A stretch of 64,000 nucleotides of DNA from Vampirovibrionaceae bacterium NZW_1234 (lineage in GTDB: Bacteria > Cyanobacteriota > Vampirovibrionia > Vampirovibrionales > JAGQHJ01). A program made the translations under genes and the position numbers. Location of the stretch: contig JBGUGD010000016.1 of NCBI GenBank assembly GCA_041697335.1, positions 148,267 to 212,266 of the forward strand, in the 5' to 3' direction. Below the pieces are notes generated by a model. It ran no database searches, was not told where the DNA came from, and saw only the letters and a list, made by a program, of their open reading frames with translations. Numbering within the stretch: the stretch's first letter is position 1; each line of letters starts with the position of its first letter. Positions 46,379 to 57,114 of this stretch are shown piece after piece.

Positions 46379-49314
46379 TAGTCCATCTCCATCCAGGTGG
46401 GGCCCTGGGAAATATCAATCTCCAAAGGCACTTTCAGGGGTTGCTCCAAGGTCATCGCCCATGTCACCAGATCACGAACCTGTGTCAGTTCCGGTTCAAA
46501 CACCTCCAGAACCAATTCATCATGGACCTGCAGAATCAACTTGGACTGCAGGTCTTCACGGGCCAAAGCCCGGGCCAGACGAACCATGGCCACCTTGATG
46601 ATATCAGCGGCAGACCCTTGTAAGGGCATATTAAAGGCCGCGCGTTCCGTAAACTCGCGAGTCCCCCGATTGCTGCTGTTAAGGCCTTCTGAAAAATCCC
46701 GGGTCCTGCCACAGATGGTCTTTACCCGGCCTGTGGCTCTTACAGTAGCCTTGGTGGTTTCGATGTAATGTTTCACATTGGGGTATTGCTGAAAGTACTT
46801 GTCAATAAATGCCGCTGCTTCTTTGGGGGGAATCTTCAAAGCATTGGAGAGGCCAAAAGCAGTTTGGCCATAAATAATTCCGAAGTTGACCGCTTTGGCC
46901 CGATAGCGCATGTCCTTGGTCACCTCGGCCAACGGCACGTCAAAAACAAGCGCCGCCGTGGCCTTATGAATGTCCTCCCCCGATTGAAAGGCATGGAGCA
47001 GGTTGGGATCTTCTGAAAAATGGGCTAATAGCCGCAGTTCAATCTGAGAATAATCTGCCGACATCATCAGCCAATTTTCCCGAGCCTTGGGAACAAAGCC
47101 CTGGCGAATCTGGCGACCCAGATCCGAGCGAATGGGAATGTTCTGAAGGTTGGGCTCACTGCTTGAGAGGCGTCCTGTTGCCGCAATGGTTTGATTGAAA
47201 CTGGTATGCAGCCGGTGATCGTACGGGTTAATCAGTTGAGGCAAGGTATCGACATAGGTCGACTTCAATTTAAACAATTGACGATAATCCAACAGCTTCT
47301 GCACAATGGGATAATCGGGCGCGAGGGCTTCGATCACCTTGGCATTGGTCGTGTACCCGGATTTGGTAGGCGTCATCCCCAAGGCCGGAATTTTTAGATG
47401 ACCGAACAAGACATCGCCCACTTGTTTGGGGGAATTTAAGTTAAAGGTCATCCCGGCCTCATCATAGATATCCTGTTCCACCACTGCGAGTTTGGCTTCC
47501 AGGTCTTTACTGAGCGACGACAAGTAATCCGTATCCAGGCTGACCCCCAGGTATTCCATATGGGCCAACACCTGCATGGTGGGTAATTCAACCTCGTAGA
47601 ATAAGGCAAACAAATCGTCGCTTAACTCCGGGGCAAGGCGACCGGCAAGCTCAGCCGTCACATAGGCATCGCAAGCCGCATAGGGAGCAGCTACATCCAG
47701 CGGAACCTGGGTAAAGGGAATTTGCTTTTTTCCCGTCCCGATTAATTCGGTAATTTCCTGCATGGTATGACCCAACACGTCATAAGCCAGAGCCTTTAAG
47801 CCATGACGTCGATCGGGGTTCAACACATAACTGGCCACCATGGTGTCAAAGACCAGCCCGTTGAACCGAATTCCCAGGCGCCGGAAGACGTTCATTTCGA
47901 ACTTGGCATTATGAGCCACCACCACCATATCCGGATCCTGAAGCAGCGCACCGACCTTTTCCAAGACGGCTGCCTCAGGCAGGGCGCCTTCAAAGCCCTG
48001 GTGATTGAGGGGAATGTAAACCGCCTCAATCCGATCCAACAGATGGGGATTCACAGTCAATGTCGTGATTTCTGATGGATACTCCTTGAGGTGCAAAGGG
48101 TTCTGAGTGGGCAACGACTCCACCCCGAAGGCCGGGGAATGCGCGAGGGCAATGCCGGCCAATTGTGCCGAGAAAACATCCAGACCGGAGGTCTCGATAT
48201 CAATCACCATGACCTTTTGGGTCTTGAGCTGAGCTAAAAAGGCGTCCAAATCCGCCATGGATGTTATGACGCGGTGCGGAGGTTGGAAATGGGCCAAAAG
48301 CGCTTCTGCCGATTGGGTGACTGTGGTTAACAATGCAGGGTTGGCTGAAGCCGATGCTGGGGGCAGATCCAACAGCGAGGTTTGAACACCAGCGCCAACC
48401 GGAACCGGCGATCCCACGGCCGCATGGGTTAAAAACGGTTTCAACAAGGTCTGGCTTTGTTGAATAAAGCTGCGAAATTCCATCTCAACCAGAAAGGACA
48501 TAAAGTCTTCGACATCGGGAATCCGTAAATGACATGCCTCATCGGAAAAGGTTACTGGCGCATCGTAGCGAATGGTGGCCAAGTCTTTACTGAGGATGGC
48601 CTGCTCTTTGTGGGTCAAAATGGCGTTTCGGATTTTATTCCCCGAAATCTCCTCGGCATGGGCCAACACGTTTTCCAGCGTCTGGTATTGGGCCAGGAGC
48701 TTGGCAGCTGTTTTATCCCCCACTCCGGGGACTCCTGGAATGTTGTCGGAGGTATCGCCCTTGAGGCCTTTAAAATCGGTCAGCTGGTGCGGGTAAACCC
48801 CCAGCTTTTCAAACACCTTTTGTTTGTCATAGCGGGTTAAGCCCCCTTGAAAGCCCGGCAGAAGAATCGAGATTCGCCCTTCATCATCAATCACCTGAAA
48901 GGAATCCTGATCCCCGGTTAAAATCGTCACGTGAACCCCTTGGGATGCCGCTTGCCGGGCGATGGTGCCGATCAAATCATCGGCTTCATAATTTTCCAGT
49001 TCAAACACCGGGATACCCAACAAATCTACACCCTGGCGGATTCTAGTCATCTGCTCTTTCAAACTGTCCGGCATGGCCTGGCGATGGGCTTTGTACTCGG
49101 GATACATCTCGGTCCGAAAGGTCACACGTCCTTTATCAAAGGCCACAGCCATGCCATCGGGTTCCACCTGGCGCACCAGATCAAACAGCGCTTTAAAAAA
49201 CCCGTACACTCCCCAGGTTGACACCTGCTTCGAGGTTTTCATCTGGGTCCGCTCCAGGGCAAAATACATGCGATACGCCAGAGAGTGTCCATCCACGAGG
49301 ATTAAGCTGTTCAT
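46378..49314 (-). CDS. polA: DNA polymerase I
   Basis: 5'-3' exonuclease LVDGHSLAYR, DIETSG, ADYSQIELR, KAVNFGIIYG, QVHDEL. Confidence 0.97.
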   Translation of the reverse strand: MNSLILVDGHSLAYRMYFALERTQMKTSKQVSTWGVYGFFKALFDLVRQVEPDGMAVAFDKGRVTFRTEMYPEYKAHRQAMPDSLKEQMTRIRQGVDLLGIPVFELENYEADDLIGTIARQAASQGVHVTILTGDQDSFQVIDDEGRISILLPGFQGGLTRYDKQKVFEKLGVYPHQLTDFKGLKGDTSDNIPGVPGVGDKTAAKLLAQYQTLENVLAHAEEISGNKIRNAILTHKEQAILSKDLATIRYDAPVTFSDEACHLRIPDVEDFMSFLVEMEFRSFIQQSQTLLKPFLTHAAVGSPVPVGAGVQTSLLDLPPASASANPALLTTVTQSAEALLAHFQPPHRVITSMADLDAFLAQLKTQKVMVIDIETSGLDVFSAQLAGIALAHSPAFGVESLPTQNPLHLKEYPSEITTLTVNPHLLDRIEAVYIPLNHQGFEGALPEAAVLEKVGALLQDPDMVVVAHNAKFEMNVFRRLGIRFNGLVFDTMVASYVLNPDRRHGLKALAYDVLGHTMQEITELIGTGKKQIPFTQVPLDVAAPYAACDAYVTAELAGRLAPELSDDLFALFYEVELPTMQVLAHMEYLGVSLDTDYLSSLSKDLEAKLAVVEQDIYDEAGMTFNLNSPKQVGDVLFGHLKIPALGMTPTKSGYTTNAKVIEALAPDYPIVQKLLDYRQLFKLKSTYVDTLPQLINPYDHRLHTSFNQTIAATGRLSSSEPNLQNIPIRSDLGRQIRQGFVPKARENWLMMSADYSQIELRLLAHFSEDPNLLHAFQSGEDIHKATAALVFDVPLAEVTKDMRYRAKAVNFGIIYGQTAFGLSNALKIPPKEAAAFIDKYFQQYPNVKHYIETTKATVRATGRVKTICGRTRDFSEGLNSSNRGTREFTERAAFNMPLQGSAADIIKVAMVRLARALAREDLQSKLILQVHDELVLEVFEPELTQVRDLVTWAMTLEQPLKVPLEIDISQGPTWMEMD

Positions 49315-49383
49315 CGTATTTGCTATCCCTATTTCATTCTGTTTGGCAGAAGTTTTGCCCGATATTGCCAGTTCTAGCACAAA

Positions 49384-50511
49384 TTAACCGTCGTTTCTAC
49401 AAAACCGGGCCCCGGGCAGTGCCGTCACCAGCCCGGACAATTCCAGCATGGTGAGGGCAGTTTGCACCTCCATCACCGATAACATCGAACACTGGCTTTG
49501 CACGTAGTCGACTCCCAAGGGATCCATGCCTAAAACAGTATAAACCGCTTCTTCCGAAGCAGACATCGGAGGCAATGCCTTGGCGTCTTTCATGACGGTT
49601 GTTTTAAGCTGGCCGCCAGAAGTCTGATCCCACCCCATGGCCTGACAAATGTCATTGGCGGACTGAATAGGAGTAGCACCTTCCTGAATCAAGTGGTGCG
49701 GCCCCAAGGCAGAAGGACTAAAGATGCTTCCGGGCACCGCCATCACTTGGCGCCCTTCCTCCAGGGCCATCCGAGCCGTAATGAGCGACCCGCTTTTGAT
49801 GCTTCCTTCAATCACCAAGGTCCCTTGGGACAGCCCGGCAATGATTCGATTGCGCTTGGGGAAGGTGTATTTATCCCCAGGTGTTCCCATGGGCAATTCA
49901 CTGACCAGGGCATGACCTGCCTCCAGGATTTGAAGGGCCAGGCGCTCATTTTCCCTCGGGAAAATCCGATCAATCCCCGTTCCAAACACGGCTATGGTGG
50001 GCAATTTGTGATTCAATGCCGCTTGATGGGCCAGAGTATCGATACCGGCGGCTAAGCCACTGACAATACATGGGCGCATGGGGGCCAGTTGTTCTATCAG
50101 GGTAGACACCGCTTTTCGACCATAATCGCTATATTGCCGGGTGCCGACAATCGCAAGCGCGCGAGGCCCCAGTGCAGTCAAGGAGCCTCGAACGTAGAGA
50201 ACAAAGGGCGGATCGTGACTGTGCTTGAGATCGGTGGGATAGGCCGGATCAAAAACAGAAAGCACGTTTATATGGGCCGCATTGTAGGCCTCACAAAGAC
50301 GATCAGGATCCAGGGTTTTGCGAGCCGACAGAAACTTTGTCAGCGAGTCCGCTCGCATCAGCGGCGTCAAAGCGCTTTCCGAGGCTTCCCACACCGCATG
50401 AACCGATCCAAGCTGTTCAACCAAACGCCGCAACACACGACTGGAAAGCCGGGTATGGCTTAGCCCAAGCGCGATGGCCCTATCGGTATCCGAAAGAAGA
50501 CAAGATTGCAT
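49384..50511 (-). CDS. dprA: DNA-processing protein DprA; start approximate
   Basis: AIVGTR, SGLAAGID, FPKRNRII, SGSLITA. Confidence 0.95.
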   Translation of the reverse strand: MQSCLLSDTDRAIALGLSHTRLSSRVLRRLVEQLGSVHAVWEASESALTPLMRADSLTKFLSARKTLDPDRLCEAYNAAHINVLSVFDPAYPTDLKHSHDPPFVLYVRGSLTALGPRALAIVGTRQYSDYGRKAVSTLIEQLAPMRPCIVSGLAAGIDTLAHQAALNHKLPTIAVFGTGIDRIFPRENERLALQILEAGHALVSELPMGTPGDKYTFPKRNRIIAGLSQGTLVIEGSIKSGSLITARMALEEGRQVMAVPGSIFSPSALGPHHLIQEGATPIQSANDICQAMGWDQTSGGQLKTTVMKDAKALPPMSASEEAVYTVLGMDPLGVDYVQSQCSMLSVMEVQTALTMLELSGLVTALPGARFCRNDG

Positions 50512-50612
50512 GGTCGAAATTATATTCGATACCCTAAAGCCAATGCAAGGACTTATTGAAACCATCCCGGGAAGATGCGGGACGGCTTAGCTCTTACAAG
50601 CTACTTCAAGTT

Positions 50613-50978
50613 TCAGGATCGTCGCTGGAACACGCCTCGAAGCATTTGGCCAACACCCCAGAGACCATACAAGCTGTTGGCAAGACCACCAATCAACATC
50701 GGAACCATGACATAGGGATTGGACAGGACGCTTGGAACCATCATGGGCAAGATACCTGCCGCAATCCCAATACCTGTACTGAGCAGGAACTTTTTAGCGC
50801 CCGAACGAATCAACTCCGACCCGGAATCCGGAGGCTGTGGTGCCGATGGCGTTCGACGGATTTGAACGGAATCGTTCGGCATCGCCGAAGCCGCCCTTAA
50901 AAAGGCCTGACGAGCTGGATCCATTGCCATCCCAGAGCTAATACCACCGGGTCGATCCAAGCGAGTTTGAAAATCCAT
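50613..50978 (-). CDS. Hypothetical protein with two C-terminal TM helices
   Basis: GGAGG SD before ATG 50978; two hydrophobic segments. Confidence 0.6.
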   Translation of the reverse strand: MDFQTRLDRPGGISSGMAMDPARQAFLRAASAMPNDSVQIRRTPSAPQPPDSGSELIRSGAKKFLLSTGIGIAAGILPMMVPSVLSNPYVMVPMLIGGLANSLYGLWGVGQMLRGVFQRRS

Positions 50979-51072
50979 GAAAACATTCCCCCTCCAACAG
51001 ATACCCCTATATGGATAAATGCACATGAAGATGGGATTGATGTCAGTTTATGTCAAAGTATTACAAGCAGGC

Positions 51073-51552
51073 TTATTCCGTGGTTTCCGGCAACTGGCTC
51101 ATCTGCAACATGCCTTTCATATCGCTGGGTTGAAAACGAAGGCTGATTGGACCGCCGGGCTGAAGTAAGACAGCCTGCTGGCCTTGGCGACCCATGGGTT
51201 TAAGCTGGGTCTGCGGGTATTTCTGGTTTCCTGAATACATATAATAGGTACGGCCATTGGGAAAATGAACCTGTTCCACCCAAACGTCCCAATGACTGGC
51301 CTTACGCAAGCGGGATTCCTTTTCAACTCGCCCAATGAACTCGGTTCCATCCGGCAGAGACCACTGTCCGTAACGTACAGGCTCAGCCAGGGTGGCATGA
51401 AAATCCAGGGCGGTTTTACCTTCATTCTGTTCCAGGTAAATCCCCGAAATAGCCCGCAATGGCGAGGTTAATGACGGCAATTCCACGGCAAATGCCGCTT
51501 GCAAACCCAGCATCAATGTGAGTACAATCAACGTGGATACTCGTTTATGCAT
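51073..51552 (-). CDS. Hypothetical exported protein
   Basis: Signal peptide ending AFA; FHATLAEPV...LPDGTEFIGRV. Confidence 0.7.
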   Translation of the reverse strand: MHKRVSTLIVLTLMLGLQAAFAVELPSLTSPLRAISGIYLEQNEGKTALDFHATLAEPVRYGQWSLPDGTEFIGRVEKESRLRKASHWDVWVEQVHFPNGRTYYMYSGNQKYPQTQLKPMGRQGQQAVLLQPGGPISLRFQPSDMKGMLQMSQLPETTE

Positions 51553-51648
51553 CGGACCCGACTCCCTTTACTTACGTATCAGTTCGTTACTAACGATTAT
51601 CCATGATTCCTTTTTGAGGTACAGCCCTTAAACAGATGGATTTTCACT

Positions 51649-52485
51649 ATGCAACCGTTCCCTGTTCCTGACTTCTTAAATCAAGAGTTTATTGTGATTG
51701 CCGGCCCTTGTGTCCTGGAAAGCGAAGATGGGGCAACAGCCCGAAAGGCAGCCAGTCACTTAAAAAATGTGAGTGAGCGGCTTTCTATCAAACTTTACTT
51801 TAAAAGCTCTTACGACAAAGCAAATCGGTCTTCCATCCACTCCTATCGCGGTCCGGGTCTTGAAAAAGGGCTGGACATTCTGCGATCCATCCGGGATGAC
51901 TATGGACTGCCCTTGTTGACCGATGTGCATTCGGCTGAAGAAGCTACCGCCGCAGGCCAAGTCGTGGATATGATTCAAATTCCGGCGTTTTTATGCCGTC
52001 AAACGGACATTCTTGTGGCCGCCGGAGAAACGGGAAAAGCCGTCAACATTAAAAAAGGCCAATTTCTAAGCCCGAAAGATGTTCTCCATTGTGCGGAAAA
52101 AGTTCGAAGCACGGGCAATCATCAGATCTACATAACGGAACGAGGCTCTACTTTTGGGTATAACAACCTGGTGGTGGATATGCGGAGCATTCCGATTATT
52201 CAGAGCCAGAATTTACCCTTGATTTTCGATGCCACTCATAGTGTGCAACTGCCGGGAGGCGCAGGAAGCACTTCCAGTGGGGAACGCCAGTATGCACCGG
52301 TGCTGGCCAGAGCGGCTGTTGCCGCAGGATGCTCCGGCTTGTTTATGGAAACCCACCCGGATCCCGAGGTTGCTCTGAGTGATGGTGCCAATATGTTGCC
52401 TCTGGAATGGATTGAGCCCCTGGTAAGCACCTGCCTTTCTCTTCGAGAGGTCTTGAGAAAGCAACCCATTCCGGCGTTGCCGTAA
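51649..52485 (+). CDS. kdsA: KDO8P synthase
   Basis: IAGPCVLE, KANRSS, QIPAFLCRQT, DATHSVQ. Confidence 0.97.
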   Translation: MQPFPVPDFLNQEFIVIAGPCVLESEDGATARKAASHLKNVSERLSIKLYFKSSYDKANRSSIHSYRGPGLEKGLDILRSIRDDYGLPLLTDVHSAEEATAAGQVVDMIQIPAFLCRQTDILVAAGETGKAVNIKKGQFLSPKDVLHCAEKVRSTGNHQIYITERGSTFGYNNLVVDMRSIPIIQSQNLPLIFDATHSVQLPGGAGSTSSGERQYAPVLARAAVAAGCSGLFMETHPDPEVALSDGANMLPLEWIEPLVSTCLSLREVLRKQPIPALP

Positions 52486-52589
52486 TTAAGCCTTTATCCG
52501 AACGGCCTTCAGTCCCAGGCATCCCCTCGGGGGGCGTCTTCGGCTGCAACGGGTCATGGTCGGATCCGAATCGCGAATTTCCGGTCAGA

Positions 52590-52790
52590 AACCTGTCAAA
52601 AACGCGCCAGCAGATCCAAGATGAATGTCATCAACTTCAGAGACTGTTAATAAGCCACCAAAAGCTGAACACCTTTCCAACAGATTTTAAACATCTTGAC
52701 ATCCAGTCACCACAAGGGTTTCAGCCACTTATTGACAGAAAAAACGGTCCCCTATTAAGAAGATGAATGATAATTATTTAAAGATCCGTA
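52590..52790. other. Probable chromosomal replication origin (oriC)
   Basis: Upstream of dnaN-recF; several TT(A/T)nnnACA DnaA-box-like 9-mers; a box followed by GTCCC and CTA-TTA-AGA-AGA trio-like AT-rich run. Confidence 0.6.
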
Positions 52791-52887
52791 TCATAAAAGG
52801 GCAGCTTCCCTTGTCGAAATGGGTTTCTTTTAGTATGGTAGTACCATTCATCAGAACACCAATGCGACAGAGGGAGATGTTTCCGGC

Positions 52888-54003
52888 ATGAAGTTCAGTA
52901 TTCAGCAAGAACAATTTCAACAGGCCATTGCTGCCGTTCAACGCGCCACAGCCAGCCGCGTGATTCAACCGATTTTAGGTCATGTGTTGATTGAAAGCCT
53001 GGGCAGTGATCAATTGCGCTTGTCGGCCACCGATTTGGACTTTGCCATTGAAACAGCGGTCCCGGCCATGGTCTTGGAGCCTGGAAAAACAACCATTAGC
53101 GCCAAGAAGTTGCTGGAAATGGTCAGCAAACTCCCCAAAGACACCGTTATCGTGGAAGCCAACCCGGAAACCCAAACTGCTCGGGTGCAATGTGGTTCCA
53201 GTTTGTTTGATGTCCGGACCTTGCCCTCGGAAGAATTCCCCGTCATTAAGCAGATTGACAAAGAAGAGGCCGTTGAAGTCCAAACACAAGCCTTTATTCG
53301 CGCTGTGCAACACACGGTTTTTGCGGCGGCCAGCTACGAAGCCAACAACGTCTTGGGTGGCGTCTACTTTAAACTCACCAACGGTCAACTGGAAATGGCT
53401 GCAACTGATGGTTCTCGCTTGGCTCGCTGTGTTGAGGCCCTTGAGGGTTCCACCATTACCGAAGGGGTATCCGCCATTATTCCGGCCAAAACCCTGCAAG
53501 AGCTGTTAAAACTGGTTGGGGGCGTCTCTGACCCGACGTTGCGCATTGCCATTCGCGATGGGCAGATTGCGTTTCGGACCGAACAGTTTTACATCCTTTC
53601 TCGCTTGTTGGATGGGCAATACCCGCAGTACGAGCAATTGATTCCCAAAGAGTACAAGATCATTGCCTATGCCAATCGCCAAGCCCTCATCAATTCCTTG
53701 GAACGGGCGGCGGTTATGGCCAACGAGCGCACCAATATTGTGAAGATGACCTTTGATAAGGGCAATTTGAGTTTAATGGCCCAAACCCCGGATGTGGGTG
53801 ACTCCAAAGACAAAGTGGATATTCAGTACGAGGGCGATGAGTTGAACATTGCCTTTAACTACAAGTTTATTCTCGATGCCTTGAAAGTGATTGAGTCCGA
53901 CGATGTTCGGATGGAATTGAACGGCGGCTTAAGCCCCACCTTGTTCAAATCCCGTGATGAAAACGGGTTCTTGTGCCTGGTGATGCCGGTTCAGGTTAAA
54001 TAG
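52888..54003 (+). CDS. dnaN: DNA polymerase III beta clamp
   Basis: ATDLD, ATDGSRLA, SRLLDGQYP, IAFN, LVMPV. Confidence 0.97.
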   Translation: MKFSIQQEQFQQAIAAVQRATASRVIQPILGHVLIESLGSDQLRLSATDLDFAIETAVPAMVLEPGKTTISAKKLLEMVSKLPKDTVIVEANPETQTARVQCGSSLFDVRTLPSEEFPVIKQIDKEEAVEVQTQAFIRAVQHTVFAAASYEANNVLGGVYFKLTNGQLEMAATDGSRLARCVEALEGSTITEGVSAIIPAKTLQELLKLVGGVSDPTLRIAIRDGQIAFRTEQFYILSRLLDGQYPQYEQLIPKEYKIIAYANRQALINSLERAAVMANERTNIVKMTFDKGNLSLMAQTPDVGDSKDKVDIQYEGDELNIAFNYKFILDALKVIESDDVRMELNGGLSPTLFKSRDENGFLCLVMPVQVK

Positions 54004-54031
54004 TTACCTGTGACCCTCGGCTAGCCGCTTT

Positions 54032-55249
54032 ATGTGGGTATCACACAGTCATTTTCGATCGTTTCGTAACTACAGTGATGTTGCTTTAATCTGGTCACCC
54101 CATCAAAATCTGTTTTTGGGGGAGAATGCGGCTGGCAAAACCAACGTGCTGGAAGCCATTTACTTTCTCTCCCATGGGCGAAGCTATCGGACCCGCCATG
54201 ATCGAGAGCTCATCCAGTGGGACCATCCTTTTGCCACCCTCAGTGTGACCGCCCAATCCCACCAGCATGGGGGCACGCTCCAGATTGAAGCGCAATTGAC
54301 CCAAACCCCTGAGCGCGGCTTTAAGGCGGTGTTTAAACTCAACGGCCAGGCGGTCAAAAGCCGCTCCCAGATAGTGGGGAAAATCCCGACGGTCACCTTC
54401 TTTCTTTCCGATCTGGCCATGGTACGGGGGGTTCCGGAAGATCGCCGTACCGCGGTGGATAGCTGCCTGGTGCAATATGATCCGGCCCATTTTAAACGCT
54501 TGGCCCTCTATCAGCGGGTCCGTCAGCAGAAAAGCCAGTTTTTGAAGCAATGCCTTCAAACCGGGGTGCGAGCCGATGTGTCGGTGTTGATGAGCCTGAA
54601 TGAACAGGTGGCAGATGCCGGTGCTGAAGTAATGTGGGCCCGGCTTCAGTATCTTCAACAGATTGAGTCCTTGGCAGAGCTACGCTATCACGAACTGTCG
54701 CAGGGTCGAGAACAGTTGAGTATGGCCTATCAACCATCTTTTTCCCAACCCCTTGCGATGACAACCAAAGAGACACTGCGAGATCAATTGCTGGCTGCCA
54801 TTGAGGCCGTGTCTGGAGATGAACAGCGCCGGGGCCAAGTCCTGGTGGGCCCCCATCGGGATGACATTCGCTTCTGTCTTAGTGGCCAGGATGCGTGTTT
54901 GTACGGCAGTCAAGGCCAGCAACGGAGCATTGTTCTGGCGTTTAAATTGGCGGAAATTCAGATTTTGAAGCAGGCTCTTCATGAGGAGTCCCCGGTGTTG
55001 CTGTTGGATGATGTGATGGCCGAGTTGGACCCCTTGCGCCAGAGCCAATTGCTGGCCCATTTGGACCCCAAAATGCAGGTGATTTTGAGTACCACTCACC
55101 TGGATGCCGGGCTCGAAGCCTTTTTAAGCCAGTCGGTCAGTGCCCAGGCTTTTCATGTGGTCCAAGGCCAGATTACGCCAAAGCCCTTGAGCCAGTTTAC
55201 CCAGCCTTCCCATCAACCGATGGTCTCTTCGGAGGTGCCCCATGTATAA
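54032..55249 (+). CDS. recF: DNA replication/repair protein RecF
   Basis: GENAAGKTN, GPHRDD, GSQGQQR, LLLDDV. Confidence 0.96.
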   Translation: MWVSHSHFRSFRNYSDVALIWSPHQNLFLGENAAGKTNVLEAIYFLSHGRSYRTRHDRELIQWDHPFATLSVTAQSHQHGGTLQIEAQLTQTPERGFKAVFKLNGQAVKSRSQIVGKIPTVTFFLSDLAMVRGVPEDRRTAVDSCLVQYDPAHFKRLALYQRVRQQKSQFLKQCLQTGVRADVSVLMSLNEQVADAGAEVMWARLQYLQQIESLAELRYHELSQGREQLSMAYQPSFSQPLAMTTKETLRDQLLAAIEAVSGDEQRRGQVLVGPHRDDIRFCLSGQDACLYGSQGQQRSIVLAFKLAEIQILKQALHEESPVLLLDDVMAELDPLRQSQLLAHLDPKMQVILSTTHLDAGLEAFLSQSVSAQAFHVVQGQITPKPLSQFTQPSHQPMVSSEVPHV

Positions 55250-55589
55250 GCCTCCCAAGAAACCGAAGCGGGCAGGTCTGATGAGCTCCGTTTCCCAGGT
55301 CTTGCCGCAGGTGGGAAAAGATCTGCGCCTGGATGAACGGGCTCAGGAGTGGGCTGTTTTGTCCTTGTGGTCTCGAATTGTGGATGGGCCGTTTCAAACC
55401 ACCACTCGCGCCAGTCGACTTCGCCCAAAAGGGGGGCAAAACACCTTGACCGTCCAAGTAAACTCAGCCACCGTCGCGGCGGAACTGAGCTTTTATCTCG
55501 AGCAGTACCGCCAAAAACTCAATGAATATCAACCGCAAACGGGTTTAAATGTCCAACGCATTGAAATCAGAACCGTTTCCCGGTTGTGA
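55242..55589 (+). CDS. dciA: DciA (DUF721) family protein
   Basis: Directly after recF; W..IV...TLTVQVNSATVAAELSF pattern. Confidence 0.75.
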   Translation: MYKPPKKPKRAGLMSSVSQVLPQVGKDLRLDERAQEWAVLSLWSRIVDGPFQTTTRASRLRPKGGQNTLTVQVNSATVAAELSFYLEQYRQKLNEYQPQTGLNVQRIEIRTVSRL

Positions 55590-55685
55590 GTTGAGATTCC
55601 GCTAAAGGATGGAAACAAAGTCGTCGAAGGAAAGTCTATAATTGAATAGGTTACCCATGTGCAATGCCGAAGGGTGGAACATTCC

Positions 55686-57020
55686 ATGAATCAACACAAA
55701 CCTGGTCGTAAGTGGCTCTACTCGTTACCCGTACTGGTTGGGCTGCTGTTTTTCTTCTTTACAGGGGTTGGTTTTGCCAGCCAGTCACCGCAAGCGCTGT
55801 ATGATGAAGTCTGGAAACTTATCAACACCCGCTATGTGGATGGTGAGAAGAATGGTCAGGACTGGAATATCTGGCGTCATCGGTATGACGATAAGCTGAA
55901 AACCTCCGAAGATGCCTATGTGGCTATCGATACCATGCTCAGTAGTTTGAACGATCGCTATACGCGCTTTTTGAACCCTGAGGAATTTGCCGATGAAGGC
56001 AATTCCATTCGGGCCACCTTGTTTGGCATCGGCATTCAAATTGGGATCCGCAATGATCAGATTGTGGTGATTGCCCCTATTGAAGACACACCTGCCGAGA
56101 AGGCCGGTTTAAAGTCCCAGGACTTGATTCTGGAAATTGATGGGGAGAGCACCAAAGGCATGTCGGTGAAGGATGCTGCCGATCGAATCCGCGGTGAAAA
56201 GGGCACTTCGGTGAAGCTTCTGGTGAAACGGGGTGAGAAACCGGCGAAGATGTATAGCGTCATGCGTGACGAGATCAAGCTCAAATCCGTGAGCAAAGAA
56301 CCGCCGATTCCGGTAAAAGAGAATATCGGGTACATTCGCCTTAGCTCCTTCTTGAGCAAGAAAGCTAGCGATGAGCTTAAAGAAGCCTTGAAAAGCGAAG
56401 CTGGGAAGCAAGGCTACATTATTGACCTGCGCGGCAATCCGGGTGGGCTGTTGACCAATGCCATTACCATTGCCGACTACTTCCTTGATCATGGCGGAAT
56501 TGTCAGCACCGTGGATCGCGATGGCTATAAAGAAACCAAACATGCCGTCAGCGGTGTGCTGACCAACAAGCCCATGGTGGTCCTGATTAATGAAGGCAGT
56601 GCGAGCGCCAGTGAGATTTTGAGTGGCGCCCTGCGTGACAATAACCGGGCCATTCTGGTGGGCAAGAAGAGCTTTGGTAAGGGACTGGTGCAAGAGATTA
56701 ACTCCCTGCCCGATGGCTCCGGGGTCAATATCACGACCCAGAAGTACCTGACCCCCAACGATACGGATATCAACAAGGTCGGCATCATTCCGGACATTGA
56801 GGTGGAAATGCCGGAATTGAAAGATGACGAGTCCTATGATCCCAAGAAACATGGGGATCCTCAGCTAAAGGCTGCTCAGGATGCCCTGCAAGACCTGATT
56901 TCTGGAAAAAGTCTGAAGTACCTTCAGGCCCGGAGCTTGATTCGAGAAGCTCAAGTGGCCAAGACGAATGGTACCAGTGCTGAAAAGCCTGCTACTCCCT
57001 TAAACAAGCAAATTCGCTAG
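55686..57020 (+). CDS. ctpA: S41 carboxyl-terminal processing protease
   Basis: PDZ GIGI, DLRGNPGG, SASASEI, FGKG. Confidence 0.93.
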   Translation: MNQHKPGRKWLYSLPVLVGLLFFFFTGVGFASQSPQALYDEVWKLINTRYVDGEKNGQDWNIWRHRYDDKLKTSEDAYVAIDTMLSSLNDRYTRFLNPEEFADEGNSIRATLFGIGIQIGIRNDQIVVIAPIEDTPAEKAGLKSQDLILEIDGESTKGMSVKDAADRIRGEKGTSVKLLVKRGEKPAKMYSVMRDEIKLKSVSKEPPIPVKENIGYIRLSSFLSKKASDELKEALKSEAGKQGYIIDLRGNPGGLLTNAITIADYFLDHGGIVSTVDRDGYKETKHAVSGVLTNKPMVVLINEGSASASEILSGALRDNNRAILVGKKSFGKGLVQEINSLPDGSGVNITTQKYLTPNDTDINKVGIIPDIEVEMPELKDDESYDPKKHGDPQLKAAQDALQDLISGKSLKYLQARSLIREAQVAKTNGTSAEKPATPLNKQIR

Positions 57021-57054
57021 GGGTTAGTCTTTCAGGTCTTTTTATCCCTTCTTT

Positions 57055-57089
57055 GAAAAACACGCCGCCATCCCTGGGGGCGTGTTTTC
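57055..57089. terminator. Bidirectional terminator between convergent genes
   Basis: AAAACACGCC / GGCGTGTTTT. Confidence 0.7.
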
Positions 57090-57114
57090 GCATTCCTAAA
57101 GAATGCACAGGTCC

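Noticed and set aside
56109..56852. 247-aa minus-strand ORF
   Set aside because: Antisense to ctpA
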